DNA of 63,461 nt, counting the filler, from Vezdaea acicularis (lineage: Eukaryota), in the NCBI GenBank assembly GCA_026025075.1. It is 3 parts of 3 records of this genome, joined end to end, with 100 filler letters (N's around TTAATTAATTAA, not from the genome) between each part and the next. Parts side by side here need not be neighbours in the genome. Positions count along the whole stretch, not along the records: positions 42,467 to 63,461 come from JAPEUI010000194.1; 2 more parts are not named here. One strand, given 5' to 3'. The notes below the pieces were generated by a model, which saw only the letters and a list, made by a program, of their open reading frames with translations, was not told the DNA's origin and ran no database searches. A program made the position numbers and the translations under genes. This document shows, piece after piece, positions 59,350-63,461 of this stretch (its first letter is position 1; every line of letters begins with the position of its first letter).

Positions 59350-61087
59350 CTAAGCAAATGTTGTCCACCTCTGGTGCTCCTCAACGGGGTGCTGCTCGAT
59401 CCCCGCAGCGCCCTCCGTCGATCCTTCGTCCTCCCAGTCCTCCTCGTTCTCTTCCTCCTCTACCCCCTTGTCCTCCTTGTCCTTCTCGCCCTTCTCCTCG
59501 CCTTCCTCGGCCACCTCGACATCGTCCCCAGGAACTTCCCCTCCGTCGGAAAGAGGGCGCTCCTCGGCGGATTCCCACGCAGGCGAGCCGCCGTCGTCCC
59601 CTTCAAGGGCATCAGGAGAGTTTTCCGTTAGTACGGGGGAAGGGGGAGCGGAGCGACGCCTCTTGGCCACGCGAGCTGCAGCCTGTCGCCCAAAGACAAC
59701 GGCAGAAAGGTCAGAAAGCGCAGGAGAGGCGGAGCGACGGCGCTTGGACCCTCGAGTGTTGTCCTTGTCGGCGGCAGCGAGCCCCTGGCGGCCCTCGGGC
59801 GCTGTATTATGGTCGGTCTCGGCATCGTCGTCGGTCTCACGGAAGACAAATTCCTCGGATATGGCGGCCCTGCCCTTGCCCTTGCTCTTGCCCTTGCTTT
59901 TGACCTTTCCCTTACCTTTGTTCTTGCCCTTAAGGAGAGCAGCGAGCCTCTTGCGAGCCCCTGGCGGGATAGGGACGGCGCCCTCCAAGGAAGAGGTTGA
60001 GTCAGAGACAAGCTCCTTGCTCTTGCTGAGGCCCTTCGCCTTAGTCTTACCTTTTCCAGCGGCTTCAACAACGGACCCCTTGCGGCCCTTGCGCCCAACC
60101 TCCACGGCGACCCCCTCCTCTTCGCTCTCCGGCAAATCCTCCACGCCCTCCAAGCTGGACTCGGAGTCGGTACTCAAGCCCCCAGAAGAAAGTTCCATCG
60201 CGGCGTCCCGAGAAGAGCCAAGGAAGGCGGAAAACCCTTTCCTCGCGGGAGGAGCGCCGGCGGGAGAAGAGCGCTGACGTCCGACCGGAAGCTGAGAAGA
60301 GGAACCGGCGGCAGAAGGGCTCACAAAGAGGCCACTGGTAGAAGAACCGGCAAGAGGCGGCGGAATGACCGTGGCGAAGTCATCAGGGTCGACGACTTGC
60401 CCAAGAGCCAGGGAAGGGAGTTTGGACTAGCAATAGGTTAGCAGGCGTGCCGCAGGAGACAGGAAAGAGGAATACAAAGGGGGCAAGAGGGCAGAACTTA
60501 CGTTATAGCGCTCGATATCTACCAACGCTTCAAGAGCGCTGGCAAGGCGCTCGATTGCTTTCTGCTTGGCCCGAGCGGCATCTTCTACCTTGTTTCCAGT
60601 GATGTTGACTCGGCGCCACGCCATCACCTCGATGGCATAGCGGCGTATAAGTTTCGTGAAAGCCTTCTGGGCCGGCTTATAGCCGGGGCACTTCTTGGCT
60701 ACGAAAAGGTTAGTATAGCAACGCAGGAGGGGAGCAGGGGCGTACCAGCGCCAGGAAAGGAGTTTCGGAGCGCCGAAAGCTGGTCAGCGTAGCCCAAGAG
60801 CTGGTTCGTCACAAGGTTGAATGCCTCGGGGATCTGCTAGGTTAGCAAGTCGCGCAGGAGCGACGCAGGACACTCACATCATGGCAACGATGTTTATTGC
60901 CCTGGCATCTCACGCACTTGTGGAATGCTGCCGTGCGTTCGCATCGCAGCCCGGGCTCAAGAGGTAGATGCTGTATGCATCGCAGACAGGTTCGACGAGA
61001 AAGCGGCGGCGTACCGGCGAGGCGCGGCGGAGGCACACCAGCGACAAAGGGCCGTTGCAGCGATGGACCAGGCTGAATAGACGACAT
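59350..61087 (-). CDS. Antisense spliced cargo gene inside the retrotransposon: exons 61087-60878, 60833-60746, 60698-60502, 60426-59350; ~523-aa Cys6 zinc-cluster-like nuclear protein
   Basis: Three introns with GTGAGT/GTACGC/GTAAGT donors, CTAAC branch sites and YAG acceptors; all junctions keep frame (210+88+197+1077 = 1572 nt). Confidence 0.82.
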
Positions 61088-61551
61088 TATATTGAAGTAG
61101 TAAAGGACGGCCGGAACGTCCGAAGAAGACGCGGAAGTGGAAAGACTCGCCGGAGCGCTATAGTCGTGGAGACTGCGTGGCAAGTGAAAGTTCGCGATGC
61201 AAGGACGGCAAGGTGGTGGGTGGGGTATAACCCTAGGGCACGTGTCACCACGCAACCCCCCGATACGCCTTACAGCGTATCGCGGAATAATAGGAAAAGA
61301 AGCCCGTAGTACACTACAGGAACACAGGCGGCAGGCCTGCGATGCGCATACGCGGCCTCAGTGGCACAACGGAGGCCACCGTCCACGCAGGGACCATGAT
61401 GCCTAAGTCAACGAGGAGACACCGGTGTAGGTATAGGATTGAGTAGCTCAAGGAGCGCGCCTGCGCGACTCCTGCGCTACGCCTGCACGCCTATTGGGAT
61501 ACCCGAAACAGAAAAGGGGTTGGATTCAGGGGCTACGGGGACCGCAGCTAT

Positions 61552-61562
61552 GGAGGAGGGGG
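61552..61562 (+). promoter_or_regulatory. Polypurine tract
   Basis: GGAGGAGGGGG a few nt upstream of the 3' LTR. Confidence 0.85.
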
Positions 61563-61566
61563 TAAT

Positions 61567-61831
61567 TGTCATGAACCTGCCCCCCCCGTGACCTCTCCTA
61601 CGGCAAGCCTGCGCTACCCCTGCGTCACGTGACCACCGTCATATGGCAAAGCGGGGAAGCGCTGTAGAATAGCTCCTTAGTATTCAATCGTATAGAGACT
61701 TACTATTGACTACTAAACCATTCTATCATCTATTGCGTGCCGCCTGCGTGTCTGCTGCGTGCCCACTGCGTCCCCCATCACTTATCCGGATTGATCCTAG
61801 CCGCTCCCTGCTCGTACGCTACATCCTTACA
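61567..61831 (+). repeat. 3' LTR (265 bp)
   Basis: Identical by eye to 53750-54014; followed by TSD ACAAC. Confidence 0.97.
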
Positions 61832-62009
61832 ACAACAATGCAATTGTATTTTTCCAGCGCAGGAATCAAAAACGAAGATATAGTGTCCGAGTCAAAAGGC
61901 ATCCTATCGCAATATCAGTATCCGAATTAAGTTTAGCGTAATTTCTCTAGATGGTTGTCTTACTTTGAAAGCTGTTTATTTTTGCGATCACTTGTGATAT
62001 TGGCCTGTC

Positions 62010-62170
62010 TGTCACGAACGTACCCATCCCGTGATCGCAGCCTGCGCTATGCCTGCGCTAGGCTTGAGTCACGTGACGCACCGTAGTAGATAGGAATGCG
62101 GGGAAGCGCTGAGGCATGGCTCCCCAGCATTCAATCCACAATCCACATAGACGTATTTATTGACTGCTGC
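62010..62170 (+). mobile_element. Diverged related LTR relic
   Basis: TGTCACGAAC start, GCCTGCGCTA, GTCACGTGA, GCGGGGAAGCGCTG, CATTCAATC, TATTGACT in the same order as in the intact LTR. Confidence 0.7.
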
Positions 62171-62201
62171 TATGTTATATACTTCCCGGTGCCCTTGGTA
62201 A

Positions 62202-62703
62202 CTATCCTGATTGATGCTTGCGCTGCGCCGGATACGGCTTAGTCTGCTCCCTACTCGTACGCCTATGCCTCACACTGTCCTGCAACCAAAAAGTTGAGTA
62301 AGGAATCCTCAAACCTGGGTCTTCGACATGGTCAACCTTGATCATCGTATCACGCATTTCATCGATTTCTGCATCCTTTCCACTGAGTTTTTCAACAGTT
62401 GGAAATTTGGTTCTTTCGAATGTGTAGACTTCTGCTAAGAAACAGGCTATAGACCGATCCATAAACTCTCGTCAGTGCTTCGTTACCTCGTGCTAAACGT
62501 GTGAGCTCGATGTGATTCTTTAGATCATGCACGCAGCCGCTTCCATCACTAAAGAATCGTTTTTGCGCGTCATCAAAATCTGGCTGCCTCGAAGTAAAAG
62601 CTTTCAACCATTCAGATCTGCTCTCAAGCTCAGTCAACGCCTCCCTGCGATAGTGACGAGCTAGTAGCGGAAGTTTCTCTAGGGCGAATTCTTGCTCTGA
62701 CAT
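62202..62703 (-). pseudogene. Possible frameshifted gene of unknown family (two overlapping ORFs)
   Basis: ORF 62392-62703 (MSEQEFALEK..) switches to ORF 62202-62462 (MDRSIACFLAEV..) by a single-base shift near 62463; both look protein-like. Confidence 0.35.
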
Positions 62704-62997
62704 TGTAAGATCAATGATAGCGGTAGAGTGACTTCACAACAACAAGAGGACTTTGGAAGCGCAAAGGGCTACATTTATACGAAAAAGTCAGACAAGGCTG
62801 AAAGGCTACCACCCTTCATTCAGCGCCTCTAAGGCTGAAACAGACCCCACCCACGTGCCCATCACACTGCATGAGGATGAATGAATAGCCCTGCGGCCTT
62901 CTGGATTGGACAGAGCCAAAATGAACATACAGTCTGAGCCTGCCCCTTGTGTACTTATGCCAAAGTTTGTCCTATCACCAAATGAGCTACCACACCT

Positions 62998-63031
62998 TGT
63001 CACTTCCCGTGACCGCTGCTACGGTAAGCCC
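62998..63031 (+). mobile_element. Short LTR 5'-end fragment
   Basis: TGTCACTTCCCGTGACCGCTGCTACGGTAAGCC resembles CTTCCCGCGACCGCTGCTACGGCAAGCC of the solo LTR. Confidence 0.5.
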
Positions 63032-63079
63032 GAAGATATGGTCAAAATTGATGGCGCATTAAACGGGGGTTCCCCCATA

Positions 63080-63324
63080 CAGTGGGTGGCGGAAAGTTTG
63101 CACACCCCTCGCGAAAATAAATACTGCTTGCACCAATACGATGGCAGCAACATGACAGAATTAGTACCTTATCAGCTTAGTTCCTTACGTATGTCCCATA
63201 GCAGCGCAAGTGATGCCTTTAAACTCTCTTGAAAGTGCGTTGTGGCAGCTTAATTGTCGGAATTAACTGGTCGTCGGGACTCCAAATTTTTTGAAGGGGT
63301 GTGCAAACTTTCCGCCACCCACTG
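63080..63324. mobile_element. 245-bp Tc1/mariner-type MITE (family B) with perfect 30-bp TIRs
   Basis: TA|CAGTGGGTGGCGGAAAGTTTGCACACCCCT ... AGGGGTGTGCAAACTTTCCGCCACCCACTG; right TA is replaced by an LTR start. Confidence 0.9.
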
Positions 63325-63461
63325 TCATGATCTCGTCCTCCCGTGACCGCTTCTACGGCAAGCCTGCGCTACCCCTGCGTCACGTGATCACCGTCATATA
63401 GCAAAGCGGGGAAGCACTGTAGAATAGCTCCCTAGTATTCAATCGTATAGATACTTACTAT
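63323..63461 (+). mobile_element. Partial LTR of the same family running off the window end
   Basis: TGTCATGA..CTACGGCAAGCCTGCGCTACCCCTGCGTCACGTGA..TAGTATTCAATCGTATAGA. Confidence 0.92.

Larger units (their letters stand above)
53750..61831 (+). mobile_element. Full-length intact Ty3/gypsy chromovirus LTR retrotransposon (8082 bp)
   Basis: Identical TG..CA LTRs, 5-bp TSD ACAAC (53745-53749, 61832-61836), gag, pol PR-RT-RH-IN-chromodomain, PPT before 3' LTR. Confidence 0.97.

Noticed and set aside
59358..60277. Plus-strand ORFs after pol as an env-like third ORF
   Set aside because: Low-complexity shadows of the minus-strand exon 4; no signal peptide or credible env features, while the minus strand has full splice signals

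Overview
Filamentous ascomycete (Pezizomycotina) genomic DNA with short GT-AG introns and CTAAC branch points. Two 100-nt N44-TTAATTAATTAA-N44 linkers (21159-21258, 42367-42466) split the window into three ~21 kb contigs of decreasing length, so adjacency across them is not biological. Contigs 1 and 2 are mostly housekeeping genes: ALG9, a DUF3445/HDOD-like gene, reticulon, NCS-1/FRQ1, MED4, EXO5, an APSES factor, an amidase, a sterol glucosyltransferase with UIM-like repeats, CLR2, MCR1, NGG1/ADA3 and a RING-H2 ligase. Contig 1 also carries one NACHT-TPR NLR with a MITE upstream. Contig 3 is an accessory region. It holds a NACHT-ankyrin NLR, an intronless 1383-aa bacterial-looking S53 sedolisin fusion, a HET-domain pseudogene, MITEs and LTR relics. 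It also holds an intact, very young chromovirus (Ty3/gypsy) retrotransposon (53750-61831; identical 265-bp LTRs, ACAAC target-site duplication, Tf1-like self-priming PBS). The standout is that this retrotransposon carries, between pol and the 3' LTR, an antisense four-exon gene with three canonical introns. The gene splices in frame to a ~523-aa protein with a divergent Zn2Cys6-like cysteine cluster and a long acidic/basic NLS-bearing tail.
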